From Vitrella brassicaformis CCMP3155 (Eukaryota > Protista > Chromerida): a DNA stretch of 64,000 bases. The translations under genes and the position numbers were made by a program. Shown here in pieces: positions 39,322 to 53,834 of the stretch (positions within the stretch are counted from its first letter, which is position 1; each line of letters opens with the position of its first letter). The notes beneath the pieces are model-generated. The model did not search any database and was not told the DNA's origin. It was given only the letters and a program-made list of their open reading frames with translations. The stretch lies in NCBI GenBank assembly GCA_001179505.1, contig CDMY01000469.1, positions 6,467 to 70,466 of the forward strand, given 5' to 3'.

Positions 39322-40269
39322 ATGAGCGAACAGCACACGGACGACAGCCCCTCCGCTCAATCAAGCGCTTACACTGTGGTGGCGGCCGACATCATGCAGC
39401 AGGGGCAGGACCTTCAAAGGTCACAAGAGGCACTTGCCGCCCGGCTGACAAGACAAATGGAGGAGCTGGAGGCACGACACCGGGCGGACCGAGCAAGGGA
39501 TAGAGATGAGTGGCGACGGGAGCGCAGTGTACTTGAGGGCCGTATTCGACAGCTGGAAGCCAACTCCATTATGGTGGGCAGTCTGACCTGGGAAGACGAC
39601 CCCGAGTATCATTCACAGCCATTGAATGAAAGGTATCGCATCTACGACGGGCAGAAGCTGAATGGGCAGCCCCACGGCAGCGGCACTGTGCGGAAACCTG
39701 GCGGGTCTGTCGTATTCAGTGGTGACTGGCAACACGGCAAGAGACACGGCCGAGGGACGGAGTTCCGCGGTGACGGCCAGCTGGTGTACGACGGCGAGTG
39801 GGCCAACGGAGAGAAGACAAACAGAGGGGAGGGAAAGGTGGGCTTCATGGAGCTCAGAGACGACAAGGGACAGCTGGTGGGCTACTATCACGGCGAGACA
39901 CAAGACGGGCAGCCAAATGGCGAGGGGGAACTGCGAGACGGCCGCAACAATGCCGTCTACAAGGGCGGGTGGAAGAACGGCAAACAACACGGCCAGGGAA
40001 GAGCATACTACGACGGTTATGGTCCTGTGTTGTGGTTTGATGGCGAGTGGCGAGAGGGCCTGGCCCACAGCGGCACCCTCTTCCCTGACGGCACCTGGCA
40101 TGGAGTGAAGAATGCTGACGGCAGCCCCCAGTGTCCCATCACGCCCATTCGATGGCAGGCCGGACAGAAGATACCCAACACCGACCTCGTGCCTGGCAGC
40201 ACACGTAAGCTGCCTCAGTGCCTGCAGGGTCGGGGTCTGTCGGGATATTTCCCTGCGGATGCACTGTGA
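39322..40269 (+). CDS. MORN copy 7 (intact, intronless, 315 aa)
   Basis: Single ORF: coiled coil, MORN repeats, cap ending GLSGYFPADAL-TGA-TAG. Confidence 0.88.
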   Translation: MSEQHTDDSPSAQSSAYTVVAADIMQQGQDLQRSQEALAARLTRQMEELEARHRADRARDRDEWRRERSVLEGRIRQLEANSIMVGSLTWEDDPEYHSQPLNERYRIYDGQKLNGQPHGSGTVRKPGGSVVFSGDWQHGKRHGRGTEFRGDGQLVYDGEWANGEKTNRGEGKVGFMELRDDKGQLVGYYHGETQDGQPNGEGELRDGRNNAVYKGGWKNGKQHGQGRAYYDGYGPVLWFDGEWREGLAHSGTLFPDGTWHGVKNADGSPQCPITPIRWQAGQKIPNTDLVPGSTRKLPQCLQGRGLSGYFPADAL

Positions 40270-40879
40270 TAGTGAGTGTGTCTCTCGTGGCTGTCTGGCG
40301 GTGTTTTTGGATGGCTGCGTTCACAAACAGAAAATCAGACAGATGATGGAGGGCTGAGCCTCTTGGAGAACTGATTGAGTCTCGTGCGGCCGCATGGGTG
40401 CCTGGCTGTTTGTGTCTATGTCATGTGTGCCATTGGTCTGATGATCTGCGTATATGCACTGAAGGACAGACAGAGGGAGGGAGAGGCTGCATTGGTGGTG
40501 CCTTGTGTTCTCAGGATGCTTTCTGTGTGTCATGGTGTCTGTGTGGATGCAATCTGTGTGCACCGACTTAATGACGTCACTACGTATCACGTTGCTGCCT
40601 GCTGTCTGCTTTTGTGCTCGCATTTTCTCAATAAGAGCGTCACAAAATGGAGTCGGTGGTGTGACACTTGGGGCCTTGAATGAAAGGCCCTCACTTCGAA
40701 ATGCGACGGTTCTCACCGCATCACAAGATTGAAAACATCCACGGATGCATGCAGGTCACACCGAGGCTAAACGCATTGGCCACACGCACACAGACAACAC
40801 ACCACACGGAGCAGACAGACCACCACCTGAGGGCACTTTGGACGGGAGGAAGTGGTATGATCGCGACCCCACGCTGTCT

Positions 40880-40985
40880 GTCGATCGCATGCCGTGGCAC
40901 GCCGGCCAGCGTGCGAATTGCCGCGGTTTCTGAAGCAGTGGGTCTGTCCAGGAATTTCCCTTGCTGGTGCACTGCCTGCTGGTGC
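40880..40985 (+). pseudogene. Possible degenerate relic of the MORN C-terminal cap
   Basis: gtgggtctgtccaggaatttcccttgctggtgcactg resembles ggtctgtcgggatatttccctgctggtgcactg of full copies. Confidence 0.4.
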
Positions 40986-41542
40986 ATCGATGCAGTACGT
41001 GTGTCTTATCTGGTGGCTGGCTGGCTGTCAACCTTTTTTTTGTGCGGGTGTGTGCGTTGGTGGCTGCTGCCGTTTTCTGACGCTTTGTGTCTTCATGACC
41101 CCTGCCTGTCTGCCTAGCTGTCCTCGTCTCTTCGTCCCTTCATCGTGTCAGCCATGACTCGAGTGAACATGTCTGCTTTATCAAGTATCGTTGGTTGTGA
41201 TTGCATCTCAATTTCATTGCTGCCCTACGCGCCAACATTCCCACACCCATGCGCCAAGACAGACAAGACGCCACATAAGAGATGAGCGGGCGCCCTTGGG
41301 GATGGATGGAAACGAGATTTTGTGCAACCCAAGGCCTGAAGACGATGCAAACCACCCTCAGACGGAGCGAGGCGTCGAGAAAAGCAGATCCACTCGCCTT
41401 TGCCAATCGATCGCGATCGACCCCAATGGCGAAGCGAATTTCAGTCATGTTTCGTTCAGTAGGTGTAGATTCCGGCCGTCTGTCCTCCTGAAATGGTCCG
41501 TCCGCCGAGCTGAGGCGAGATCTCCCATTTTCTCAGCTCCCG

Positions 41543-42780
41543 ATGGCGGCCACGGCGGCCGGTGGCACGGGCAAGAAGACTCTTGAGGATGACCAGTCGG
41601 AGCACCTGGCGCCCAAGCAGGTCATCGACAAGATCCGACTGGATAGGTTTCGCATTGGAGGTAGGATGGATGGTCGGCACAGGCACACACACGCAATCAC
41701 ATGACAGATCTGTCCATGTGCACGGATGTGTGGATGTGTGGGTGTGTGCAGCTGCATCTGAATCATCGTCGTCGGGAGGCGGTCAGGAGACCTTGGTTTG
41801 GGCGCTCAACAACGTCCTAAAAGGCGTTGCCGTCAATGTATGTGGCGACGGAGGGAGGGAGGGAGAGAGGAAGGGAAGAAGAGTGCCCATTCTCTTTCTT
41901 TCTGGGTGTGTGTGTGTCATCAGGTCAATAGCGAGGCGGACCACTGTGTAGAGGAGCTTGTACAGAACGTCCGGTGCGTCCACATACACACACACACACA
42001 CACAGATCCATCCATCCATCCACAGACAGACGCGCAAACACATGTATTGCCTTCTGCACATCCCATGCAGCGACGCGCAGCTGAGTCTGCCTGAGGGCGA
42101 GAAAGGTGTGTTGGAGATAAGGCTGCTGCGGAGGGACCCGCTCAACTGCATCCACAGACAAGACTGGCTGGACCAGTATGCCCGACACACACACACACAC
42201 ACACACCCCTAGCCACGTGTGTATGCCCACTTTTGTGTGTAATTGTGTGTGTGTGGTGCAGCGACATGGACGCGAAGCATCCTGTGCCTGAGGAGTGCAT
42301 CCAGGACAGAGGCTGCCTGCTGCTGGTGGGTGCTTGTGGACATCGATCGACAACATGGCTGAGAAAGAATGAGTGCGTGAATGTGTGTGTGAATGTTTGT
42401 GTGTGGTCAGGTGTACAATGAGCGGGGGTTCAGGGGCACGGATGTTGACGCCATCTGCGACCTCGGCAGGGTACCACTCATTACTACCCCCCCACTCCTC
42501 CACAGAGAGATCTCCCATGTGTGTGTGGATGATGGGTGCATGCAGTCGACCAAGAAGGATGCGGGCGGCAAGTTTGTGGGGGAGAAGGGGCAGGGCTTCA
42601 AGAGCGTCTTCAGAGTCGCTGAGTACAAACCACACACAGGCAAACCAGGCGCGCACCTCTCTCTCTCTCTGTGTGTGTGTGAGTGTGTAGGTTCGCGTAC
42701 ATTCTGTCCGACCAGCCGGACTCGCAGTACTTCTTCCGCCAGAGGAAACACGAGCACCCTGATGCCGGCGTCTGGTAACC
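41543..42780 (+). other. GHKL (HATPase_c) module of NO VEIN/sacsin type
   Basis: VIDKIRLDRFRIG N-terminal helix, ELVQN motif I, NERGF..DVDAIC motif II, GEKGQGFKSVF motif III. Confidence 0.85.
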
Positions 42781-44656
42781 ACACACACACTCCCACACAC
42801 CAACTAACCTAGAGAGGGAGATGGAGTGGTTGTGTATGTGTTGGCACAGGTTGGTGGTGCCCGACTTCATTCAGAAGGAGAGCATCCCCACAGACATCAG
42901 AGAGCTCATCAAGGTGAGCTGTGCATCCAACCTTCTTTCTCACACAAGTGTGTGTGTGTGTGTGTGTGTGGATGGGGGGCGCAGGGCAAGACCTGCATCG
43001 CTCTGTCGATCGGCACCCCCGAGAGCAGCAGGGACCCCGACGCACACTACAACACCATCTACGACAAACTCACAACCGTACGCCTCGACCACCCCACCAC
43101 ACACACATATACACACACACATCGGTCCAGCATCACCATTCATCCCTTGTCCCTTGTGTGTTCAGAAGTTGCTGCCCGAGTGTTTCCTGTTCCTGGACAA
43201 ACCGGACACCATCAAGATCTCCGCTGAGGTGCCCTTCCATCCATCCATCCATCCAGATGCACAGACGAATGGCTGCCGTCGTGTGGGTGTGCGTGCAGAG
43301 GCCGGACGGCACTCGGACGGACGAGCGTGTGTTGGAGAGGAAAGTTGTGATGCACAGCCAACAGGAGGGCTACTCGGTGACCCGCCTCACCCCCAAGACA
43401 CACGCACACACGCACAGAGAGAGGGAACCATTCACACACGCGCCCCCCTGTCTGTCTGTCTGTCTGTCTGTCCGTCCGTGTGCAGTTGGTAGTGTTGTCG
43501 TTGCGCGTTGAGGGTGGCGGTGGCGGTGGCGGTGCGGCGGCTGCGGCGGCTGCGAGTGCTGGTGCGGGCGGTGGTCTGACCATCGACCGGCCCTACCTCG
43601 TCATCGAACAGACCTTCAACGTCCCATCCAACATCGCAAAGGTCACATAGCCCTCACCCCCTCTCCCCGAGAACACACACACACACACACGCAATGGTGT
43701 GTGTGCGTGTGTGTGCAGAACACCGAGGGCCGCAAGGACGCCAAGGAGCGCACCATCTGGGTGGCCATGCTCGTCGAAGAACTCTCCACACTAATGCGTA
43801 CACACACAGGGAGAGAGAGAGAGATCGCCCCCACACACTAGATGTGTGTGCATTCTGTCTGTCTGTCTGTCTGTTTGTCTGTGTGCACATCAGAGAAGCG
43901 CGCCGAGATCGGTCGTCACAAGGCCGCCTGCAGCCGGCGGGACGGCGGCGGCGACCGCATTGCGCTCAAGGACGACACCGAACTGCCGATGGTCTTCACA
44001 TACCTGCCCACAGGCAAGCCCACACACACAGAGAGAGGGACATAGGCATATGTGTGTGGACCTCTCTCTCTGTGTGTATGTGTGTGCAGATCAGGAGCGC
44101 ACTGGCCTGCCCGTGTTGGTCAACGCTGATTGGCGGCTGGTGGCTTCGCGTAAGCAGCCAGACCTCATGGGGGTGCGTGTGTGTATCACTGCGAGTGGGT
44201 GTGTATATGTGTGTATGTGTGTGCAGGTGAGAGTTGTTCTACATCTGTGTGGAACTTCTGGCTGGCGGGCAACATCAGACACGTCTACACCAAGGTCAGT
44301 CCGCCTACACCCACACAAGTGCGTTGGTCGATCACATCTGTGCGGCTGCAGGGTTTGCACGTGCTCTCGTCCCTCCAGCAGTACGCCCACCTGCTGCCGC
44401 GATTCATACCCATGAGGTGCCTCTCCCCACCTCCCCTCCACCCTCCACACACATACCTACACCCTCTCTGTGTGTGTGCGTCTGTGTGTCTGATGGCATC
44501 GGCTGCAGCAATGTGCGCGACGTGTCGCGAGTGTTTGATCGCAATGAGGACGAAGATCGGCCGATGAGCGTCGCCGAGGAGATACTCAACGGACTCAGGT
44601 GAGCCACACCTCTGCACGCACACACACAGAGAGAGAGAGAGAGAGATCCGCGCCCC

Positions 44657-44699
<43 letters not shown>

Positions 44700-47600
44700 T
44701 ACAGGGAGGGCAGCGAGAAGCTGCTCATCCCGGGCGTCTTCACGCCCGACAGACGGGCGCTCATCGCGGCCAAGGAGGGCACAATGGCCGACACGGCATT
44801 CACCCAGTGGGCCGAATCGCTGCTCGGTAAACGCATTTCGCACACACAGACACATGGACTGGTGGACATGTGTGTGTGGATTTGGATGTCTCTGTGTGTG
44901 GTCAGGAGTCGAGAAGGTTGCCGCTTTCTATCGCAGCGAGAAGATCATCTGGCAGAAATACAGCGACAGCACAGACAAATGGTACCCGCCACACACACGG
45001 CCACTCACACATTTCTATCCCTCTCTCTCTCTCTCCGTATGTTGTGTGTAAAGGTCGGAGCGTTTGGAGTCGATCGGCGTGCGGGCGGCCACCCCGGATT
45101 TCTACGTCAAGTGCCTCAAGCACAAAGACATCAGAACGGTATAAAGACGCACCCACCCCTACACACACGCGCGCGCGCAGAGAGAGAGAGAGAGAGAGGA
45201 ATGCGTGTGTGTGTGCACAGGCGTTGAAGCGTGCCACTCGTCAGCAGTGGGTGTCGCTGTTTGTGTTCCTCTACGACCTCCCGCACATGACCTCAGAACT
45301 CGCAAAGGACGTCCCTCTCAAAGTGGTATGTCTCCGTATCATCACACCACACCTTGTGTGAGTGGATCTCTCTCTCCCTGTGTGTGTATGTGTGTGCATG
45401 TGTGCAGCGTGACGGCACCATCACGACCCACGGGAGTGTGTCGATCTACTTGCCGGGGGCGGCGGCCGTCAGCAGACTCGACAAACTCCCCATTGAGGTA
45501 CCCAATGAATCTGTGTCTTTGTGCACACACAAACGCCCATTCCTCTCTCTCCCTCTCTGTGTCTCTGTGTCTGTCCTTCTGCAGGGCATGCAGCCCAACT
45601 TCCTGCACACCGACTGCTACCCATCGGCCGCCTCAGCTGATGATGGCGACACCGACATGTCTGGGGTGGTGAGTTCTGCGGACCATGCCAAGGTGGAGGA
45701 CTTCTTCGACAGAAGCATGAGGATCACACACTTGTATGGATTGTCGAAGGCACCACAGACACACACACATGGATGGATTGTGTGCCTTGGGGTGTGGGTG
45801 GGTGCAGCAAGATCGTAGGGTTCCTGCGGGACCTCATCGCGCGTGTTGGGAGAGGCAATGCCACAGCGCAGAAGAGGGCACAGGTACACACACACATCAA
45901 CGCACACGCACACACACACACAGCCATACACACGTGCCTGTGGATGTATGTGTGTGTGCAGGTGTTCTGGTGGTGCTACGACGCTTACTTGGCGTCCAAG
46001 GCCGCGAACGACAGCGACGCCAAACGGACCACACTCATGTGTGCCCCCCCCCCCCCCNNNNNNNNNNNNNNNNNNNNNNNNNNNNNNNNNNNNNNNNNNN
46101 NNNNNNNNNNNNNNNNNNNNNNNNNNNNNNNNNNNNNNNNNNNNNNNNNNNNNNNNNNNNNNNNNNNNNNNNNNNNNNNNNNNNNNNNNNNNNNNNNNNN
46201 NNNNNNNNNNNNNNNNNNNNNNNNNNNNNNNNNNNNNNNNNNNNNNNNNNNNNNNNNNNNNNNNNNNNNNNNNNNNNNNNNNNNNNNNNNNNNNNNNNNN
46301 NNNNNNNNNNNNNNNNNNNNNNNNNNNNNNNNNNNNNNNNNNNNNNNNNNNNNNNNNCCCCCCTCCCTCCCCATCGAACACACACATAGGGAGAGAGAGA
46401 GGGGGAGGGAGAGGTGCAGACGCACCCATGTGTGTTTGTGTTTGTGTGTCCGCCAGAGAGATATTGGGCAACGATCTCCGTGTGGACCAGAAGGGCAAAG
46501 CCGTCGACTCGGGCACAGTCATCTACCTCCCAAAGAAAGACGGTGCCCCCTCCCCCACCCAAATACACACATACAGAGGCATGTACGCGCATCCCTCTCT
46601 GTCCCTCTCTCCCTCTGCGTGTGTCTGTGTCTGTGTGCGTCTTGGTGAAGGTGTGTGGCCTCTGCTGTTCCCCCACATCTCCATATCCCTGCACGACGCC
46701 TTCATGACGGAGCGACCACCACACATGCGGGACACACACGCGGCCAAGTACGCCCCCGCCCCCTACACACACACACACAGCTGCACAGATGGATAGATGG
46801 GTGTGTGTGTGTAGGGTGGCCCTGTCGACGTCTCTGCGAAATGTGTGTGACGTGCCTTCGTACGGGGACCCGCTGTGGCACACTATGGTGGCGGGCAAGT
46901 AAGACCACACACACACACACACACGTGCTTCTCCCTCTCCATCCATCCCTCCCTCCCTGTCTGTCTGTGCTTGTATGGTTGTCTGTCAGCTTCAAGGACC
47001 TACCGCACTTCAGGGGTGCTGGGCTTGAGGACCGAATTGCTGAAATTGCCAAGCTCAAACGACTGTCACCTGCCTGGTAGGGCAACCAATGCACACACAT
47101 GCGTGTGTCTGTGTTCACCATGTCCCTCCCCCACCTACCTTTCTCTCTGTGTGTGTGTGTGTGTGTCAGGTGGTCGTTCGGTTTGCCCCACAAAAATGAG
47201 AGTGTGTCGGCCGAGGTGAAAAAGATCACAGACATCCTCCAGCAGAAGACGCCCCCCAGAGATGCAGGTAGGTGTCTATGTATGTGTGACTGTGACACAC
47301 TAAGCCCACAATCGACCTGTGGATCTCCCCCTCTCCCTCCCCCTCTCTCTCTGTCTCTGCGCGTGTGTGTGTGCACAGATCGTGTGCTGGCCGATCCCAG
47401 AAGTGGACACACCTTCTTCAGAAACGAAGTCTATCGGGTTAGTAACCCCCTAACCCACCCCCCGAATCACACCCACCCCCGCCACACGTGTGCATGTGGT
47501 GTGTGTATATGGTGCAGACGCCCATCTGCCCTCCCTTTGTGGGTGATCGCTTCCGCGAGGCCGTCAGGAGCAACACACTCGACCCTGCAAAGGTGACCGA

Positions 47601-47746
47601 GTGGTGCGTGTCCACATGGGTCTGTGTGTGGGTGTGTGTGGATGGTGGATGGTGTCATGTTTGTTTGTCAGTGTGAGAGGGACGCCATGTCGGATGAGAA
47701 CACGATAGAGATCATCGTGACCATCCTCAAGTGACCCATACAGACA

Positions 47747-47781
<35 letters not shown>

Positions 47782-50700
47782 GGGAGGAGAGAGAGAGGGC
47801 GACACGTGTGTGTGTGTGTGTCCTAATGGCTCGTGGATGTGTTGAGTGCAGGTGGCTTCACCACAACCCCGAGCTCTTCTTCGCCCGGGTGTACCCCGAT
47901 GGGGCCCCCATGTCGTCAGAGGCGCACAAACACTTCGACTCAGAAATCGCGTATGTCAAGACGCAACCATACACACAGAGAGAGGGGGAGGGGAGGCCCT
48001 CTCTATGTGTCTGCTGGTGTGAACATTGCAACAGGTACTTCGCGCACTATGCCCCCTGGCTGCCGGCCACCATCACCACCCCACACACACAGCGAGCGAT
48101 CCAGCAGCAGCAGCATGGACCACGGCCTGCTGCAGGTGCGCACACACCCTCCCCACCCTAACACACACACATGAAGAGAGAGAGGGTCCGTGTGTGTGTG
48201 TGTTGGGTGTAGGTGGTGGGCGCGGTGCTGGCCGAGGGCGTGGTGTTGCTCCTGCTGCTGCTGCCGCTGCTGCCGCTGGTGGGGCTGGTGGCCCCTCTCA
48301 GCAGCCTGCTGCAGGCACTGTCCGGCACATTTGGTGCCCGCCTTGTTTGGTGTTCGCCAAAGGTACCAAGATCATTGTCTGTGGTGGATGGGGGGATGCG
48401 TGTGAGGGATGGATGTTGTGTGGGTGTGTGTAGGTGTGTTTGATGGTGCTGGTGTGCCGATTCTGGACCTGCCGCAAGCCGACGTTGACGCACTCAGGTA
48501 CGCAATCCACCCACCCCACACACAAACAGGGGTTCACACGCTGAGGGGCGTATAAGTGTCAAATATGTGTGTGTGTGTGTTGGTAGGGCGTTGGATCGTG
48601 ACCGTCCTGGGGATTGGGGTCTGGGGCTGACCATCCACGAGAAACCGACGGCAAACGACCTCATCAACAAGTATACCCACACAGACACAGACACAGAGAG
48701 GGAGGGAGGGAGAGAGAGAGAGATGCCTGGTGTCCATCTATCTGTGTGGTGTCAGGTTGCGTGCCATCCGGAAGTACCAGCAGTTCTTCGGCTCCGTCCC
48801 CCGGCTGCGCATGCAGGTGATACTCGACGTCGTCAAGGCCGTCTACACATTGCTGAGCGGCGACGACTACAAAGACGACCACGTAAGCTGAGCATCGCGC
48901 GTGTTGAGTGTTGAGTGTTGCCTCTCACTCTGTGCGTGGGTGTGGGGTGTGGGGGAGATGGATTGTTACAGGGCCGCATCAAGCAGTATTTTGAGAGCCG
49001 CAATGCAAGCGATGCGCTGATCTACACAGACCAGCATCAGCACCAGCAGCAGCATGGAGAGCGAGATGACGCCAGTGCAACGCCATCACACACATGGATC
49101 ACACTCAGCGTACTTACGTCCACTCAGAGAGAGAGAGAGAGAGAGACGTGTGTGTGTGTGTGTGTTGTGTGGTCTATAGGAAGCGTCATGGACCGGTGAG
49201 GGCTCGTCAGTGCCTGGGCTGCGGCTGAAGGACCTCTACAGCACGCCAGCCAAGTGCAAAGACTTCTTCACCAAAGTCCTGCAGGTGCCCCTCTCCCCAT
49301 CACCCCCCCCCCCCCNNNNNNNNNNNNNNNNNNNNNNNNNNNNNNNNNNNNNNNNNNNNNNNNNNNNNNNNNNNNNNNNNNNNNNNNNNNNNNNNNNNNN
49401 NNNNNNNNNNNNNNNNNNNNNNNNNNNNNNNNNNNNNNNNNNNNNNNNNNNNNNNNNNNNNNNNNNNNNNNNNNNNNNNNNNNNNNNNNNNNNNNNNNNN
49501 NNNNNNNNNNNNNNNNNNNNNNNNNNNNNNNNNNNNNNNNNNNNNNNNNNNNNNNNNNNNNNNNNNNNNNNNNNNNNNNNNNNNNNNNNNNNNNNNNNNN
49601 NNNNNNNNNNNNNNNCCCCCCCCCCCCCTAACACACACACACACATGCACGTGCCTGTGTGTTGTGTGGTAAGGTGTCGGAGTTGCCTCCCCTCTCTGTC
49701 TACTGCGACCGCTATCTCGCCATCCAGCGCACACTCACACACACAGACGACGACAAGGACGACGCTGAACAAATGGACGAAAACAGGTGGGAATGCACAC
49801 ACACAGAGAGAGTGGATAAATGTGTGTGTGTGTGTGTGTGGTGTAGGCGGCAGGCGTTGTTCAAGCAGCTGGAGAGTGCATTCGGCAACATACTCATGTG
49901 GCTCGAGAGTAATATGAGCAAATGCCCCCCACCCCTCCCACAACCACACCTGTCGATGTGTGTGTGTGTGTGTGTGGATGCGTGTCTGTGCAGAGGACTC
50001 CTCCATCAGTCTGCCTTCGGCCTTCGTGTCGTCGGCCATGGTGCCCATAGCCTGGGAAGACGGAACCATCGTCAAACTCGCCGTAAACCACACACGCCTA
50101 CGCCATCCACAGACACATACGCAGACACACACGTGTGTATGAGTCCTCCTCTTTCCCTCTCTCCCTCTCTCTCTCTGTGTGGGGGACGGCAGGCGCCATC
50201 GCGGGCGTATCGGCCGGACAGCGATCCGCCGGACAGCAATCAGCTGCGTAAGGCCTTCAGCGGCAAACTGGACTTCGTCCTCATCCCGCCCAAGCGCACC
50301 AGTAAGAAACAGAGAGAGAGAGAGAGAGGGAGAGAGAGAGACTTTCCACACACACATCACACACATCTGATGTGATGGTCAGAGGTTGTGCGTCGTTTCT
50401 ACGACAAGATGGGCGTCCGGAGGATCACCGACGTCGCCAAGGCGGAGGCCAGGGGGACCAACCCCGTGCAAGTACGTGTGTGGTGCCTGTGGTGCCTGTG
50501 TCCATTGTATGTCCCAGACACACAGAGGGAGGGAGGGAGGGAGGGGGAGAGAGATCCATGCCCCCACATGTGTGTGTGCCTTCGTCCATGCGTTCAGGTT
50601 GACGGCAGCAGCAGTGGTGTTCCGCAGCTGCTGACCCGTGGGCTGAAGGAGCACCTGTGTCGGCTCATCTTCAGCAGCTCCACACAGGGAGAGGGAGACA

Positions 50701-51532
50701 AAAAACTAGAGTGCGACCACACACGCACACACACACACATGTGGACAGGCACACAGACATCTCTATCTCCCTCCCTCCCTCCCTCCCTGTGTGTGTGTCG
50801 TTTGTGCGTGCAGGCAGCTTCTGTCTGACGGTGGTGTGCTATCGGCCATCTGTGAGGCGAAGGAGCGCTACTTCGAAGAGGTCCAGGCCGTCTACTACAT
50901 CGAACGGTCCATTGACGACACCACCGGCGGCGGCAGCAGCAGCAGCGGCCAAGGGCAGCCCCCCCACCCCCACAACCAGACAGAGCGCGTCGACAGCGCC
51001 CCAGTGGTGTGTGAGACGGCGCAGCTGCAGCTGACGTCACAGCCATACGAGCTGCTCATGCACAAGAAATTCGTACCTGGTACGCGCAGACAAACAGAGA
51101 TGGATGCATCAAAACATACACACAGATAAAGATGGTTGTGTGCAGGTGGCGTGTTGCCCCATCTTGACATCGATCTGCTCAAGTCCCTGTGCGCACAGCT
51201 GCGGGTCATCTTCGGGCTGACACACCAACAAGAGGTACGTCAGCACACACACAGAGGGAGGGAGCGACACCACCTCTGCACACACGAGGTCCGTCTGTTT
51301 GTTTGCAGGAGGAGTTGAAGTTCTTTCTGTTCGGCGGCCAGCATCGCCAAACCACCACCAGCAGCAGCAGCGGCGGTGCCACTGGTGCTGGTGGCAGTAG
51401 TGTTGGTGTGTCGGATGTGAGGATTCCCTTTGGTCTGTGGCGGAGGATCGACCAGGCCCTCAGCAAAACACACGGACAGGTACACACAGTGTGTGGGTAC
51501 GTTTTAGTGGGTGTGCAGACCAGAATATCTCC

Positions 51533-51564
<32 letters not shown>

Positions 51565-51882
51565 CGGTGGTCGTGTGTGCAGGTTTCTGGCTCGTCATCA
51601 TCCTCGGCAGCTGCTGCTGCTGCAGCTGGTGGTGGTGGTATGTCGGAGATCTCCCACAACCAGTCCATCGACCCCTCTGCACACGGTGCACACCTCACCC
51701 ACCCAACACACATTCACAGAGAGAGGAGTGGAGACAGACACAAAGTGTAAAGATGTGTGTGTGTCTGTGTGGTGTGTGGTGTGGTTTGATGATGATGATG
51801 AAGATGAAGACATGAACGACGATCCAATGGGCCAGCGGCAGCAGAAGCAGGAGACCGGACCATCGGTAACACCCTCCCCCAA

Positions 51883-51916
<34 letters not shown>

Positions 51917-52301
51917 TACACACATCCATCTCTCTGCAGGCGAAGGCCATCCTGGCGAGCAAGGCCAAGAAGGAGACCCACCCCCAACCCACCGTCGCCA
52001 AGCGCACAGTGCCGCGCATCACCGCCATCCACCGAAAGGGCGAACTGAAGGCAAGTCATGTCCACACACACACCACACACAGAGGGAGCGAGGGAGAGAG
52101 GAGGATATGTGTGTGTGTGTGACTGTGTGTGTTGTCAGTGGGAGATGCAGGTCAACCGGTGCCCCGGCGCCACCCGCGTGTTGCTCGAGATCTACGACGC
52201 CAGCGATCGCACAGCAGCTGACGCAGACGACGAGCAAGAGGTACACACACATCTGTCATTTACACGCACATGCCCTCACTGATGCATATCGCCCTCTGCC
52301 C

Positions 52302-52334
<33 letters not shown>

Positions 52335-53801
52335 GCACAGGCCCGTCCTTTGGCGCAGCTGTCGCCGCCCATTGCCGATGCGGCACCTGTGTTTGTTGTC
52401 AATCCCGAGACCGTCGAAGGGTCCGTCTGTCTGCACACACACACACGCAGAGAGAGAGGGAGAGGGAGAGAGGGGGCCTCCATATGAGCGTGCAGACACA
52501 CACAGCTGGATGTTTGGATGTGTGTGTCTGTGTCACAGGTTGGAGTTGCTGCATTTGTATGAGTTGATTGTGCGGGCCGAGTACCCACACCACAACAAGG
52601 GCGGCCGGAGGAAACACATCAAGAAATCAAGGGCACGCCAGCAGCCAGCAACACCCACCCAATGAGCCCCACTCACTCATAATGATTGCTGGCGTGTCTT
52701 TGTGTGTGTCCATGTGTGTAGGATGCCGACACGATGGACATCGACGAGGAGAGCGACCCCGACAGCCCCACACACGCCTCCGCCAGCAGCAGCAAAGTCA
52801 AAACAGAGGTGGATAACACCATGCAGCCGAATACAATGATCTGTTGTGTGTGTGTGTGTGTGTGGATCTGTGCGTGTGTGTGTCGACATGAATGCAGTTG
52901 TCGCCCTGCATGGACTTCCCCACCCCTTTGCCAGCGCCATCCTTCGTCGCAGACGGATGCACGCGCATGCCAGACGTACGCACACACACACACACCCACC
53001 GGCACAGACCCATCCACACTGACACACAGGCGTCCATCGGTGTGTGTGTGTGTGTGTGTGGTGCGCAGGGCTGGTCACCGGAGGATTTCTACGACAAACA
53101 CAAGAAGGACAAAGGTACTGATGCAGGGAGGGAGGGAGGGAGGCATACACACGAAAATGTCCTTCCATCCATCTGTGTGTGTGGTGGAGCAGAGTTGGCT
53201 CCCCTCAAGTCGGCCAAGATCAAGCTCAAGTTCTCGTCTGTCCAACACGCCAGCAGGTCAACATATACACACACACGCGGACACACAGACACACACACAC
53301 ACAGAGAGAGAGAGGCACTCTTATGCGCCGAAAGGCATCCATCTGCCCATCTCTGTGTATATGTGTATGTGTGTGTGTTTGTAGGTACGAGGTGCGGTAC
53401 TGCTTCCAGCAGACCTTCGCGGCCTTCGACCACGTCGAGGAGACCGACCGGACCACACTGGAGATCAAATTCGCGGGCGACAAGGACAAAGACAAGGCCA
53501 ACCAAACCGTCCACGCACAGGTACTCAGGTGGACAGACAGAGAGGGGATGGTGCACAGACAGACAGACACACACACACACACACAGACATGTCTTGATGT
53601 ATGTGGCGTGTGTGTGCCGTGTGTTGGTGCAGGTGCGTGCTGTCCACGGCGGCAATCCAGCCTTCTGCAGCGAGTGGTCGCCGCTCATCTCACTGTGCCC
53701 ACGGGGGTTCACCAAAATACTCAAACACTCCACTGCTGACGGTACGTTCCTCATGAGGATGGACGGATTGCATCTCTCTCACTCTCTCTCTGTCTCTCTC
53801 C

Positions 53802-53834
<33 letters not shown>

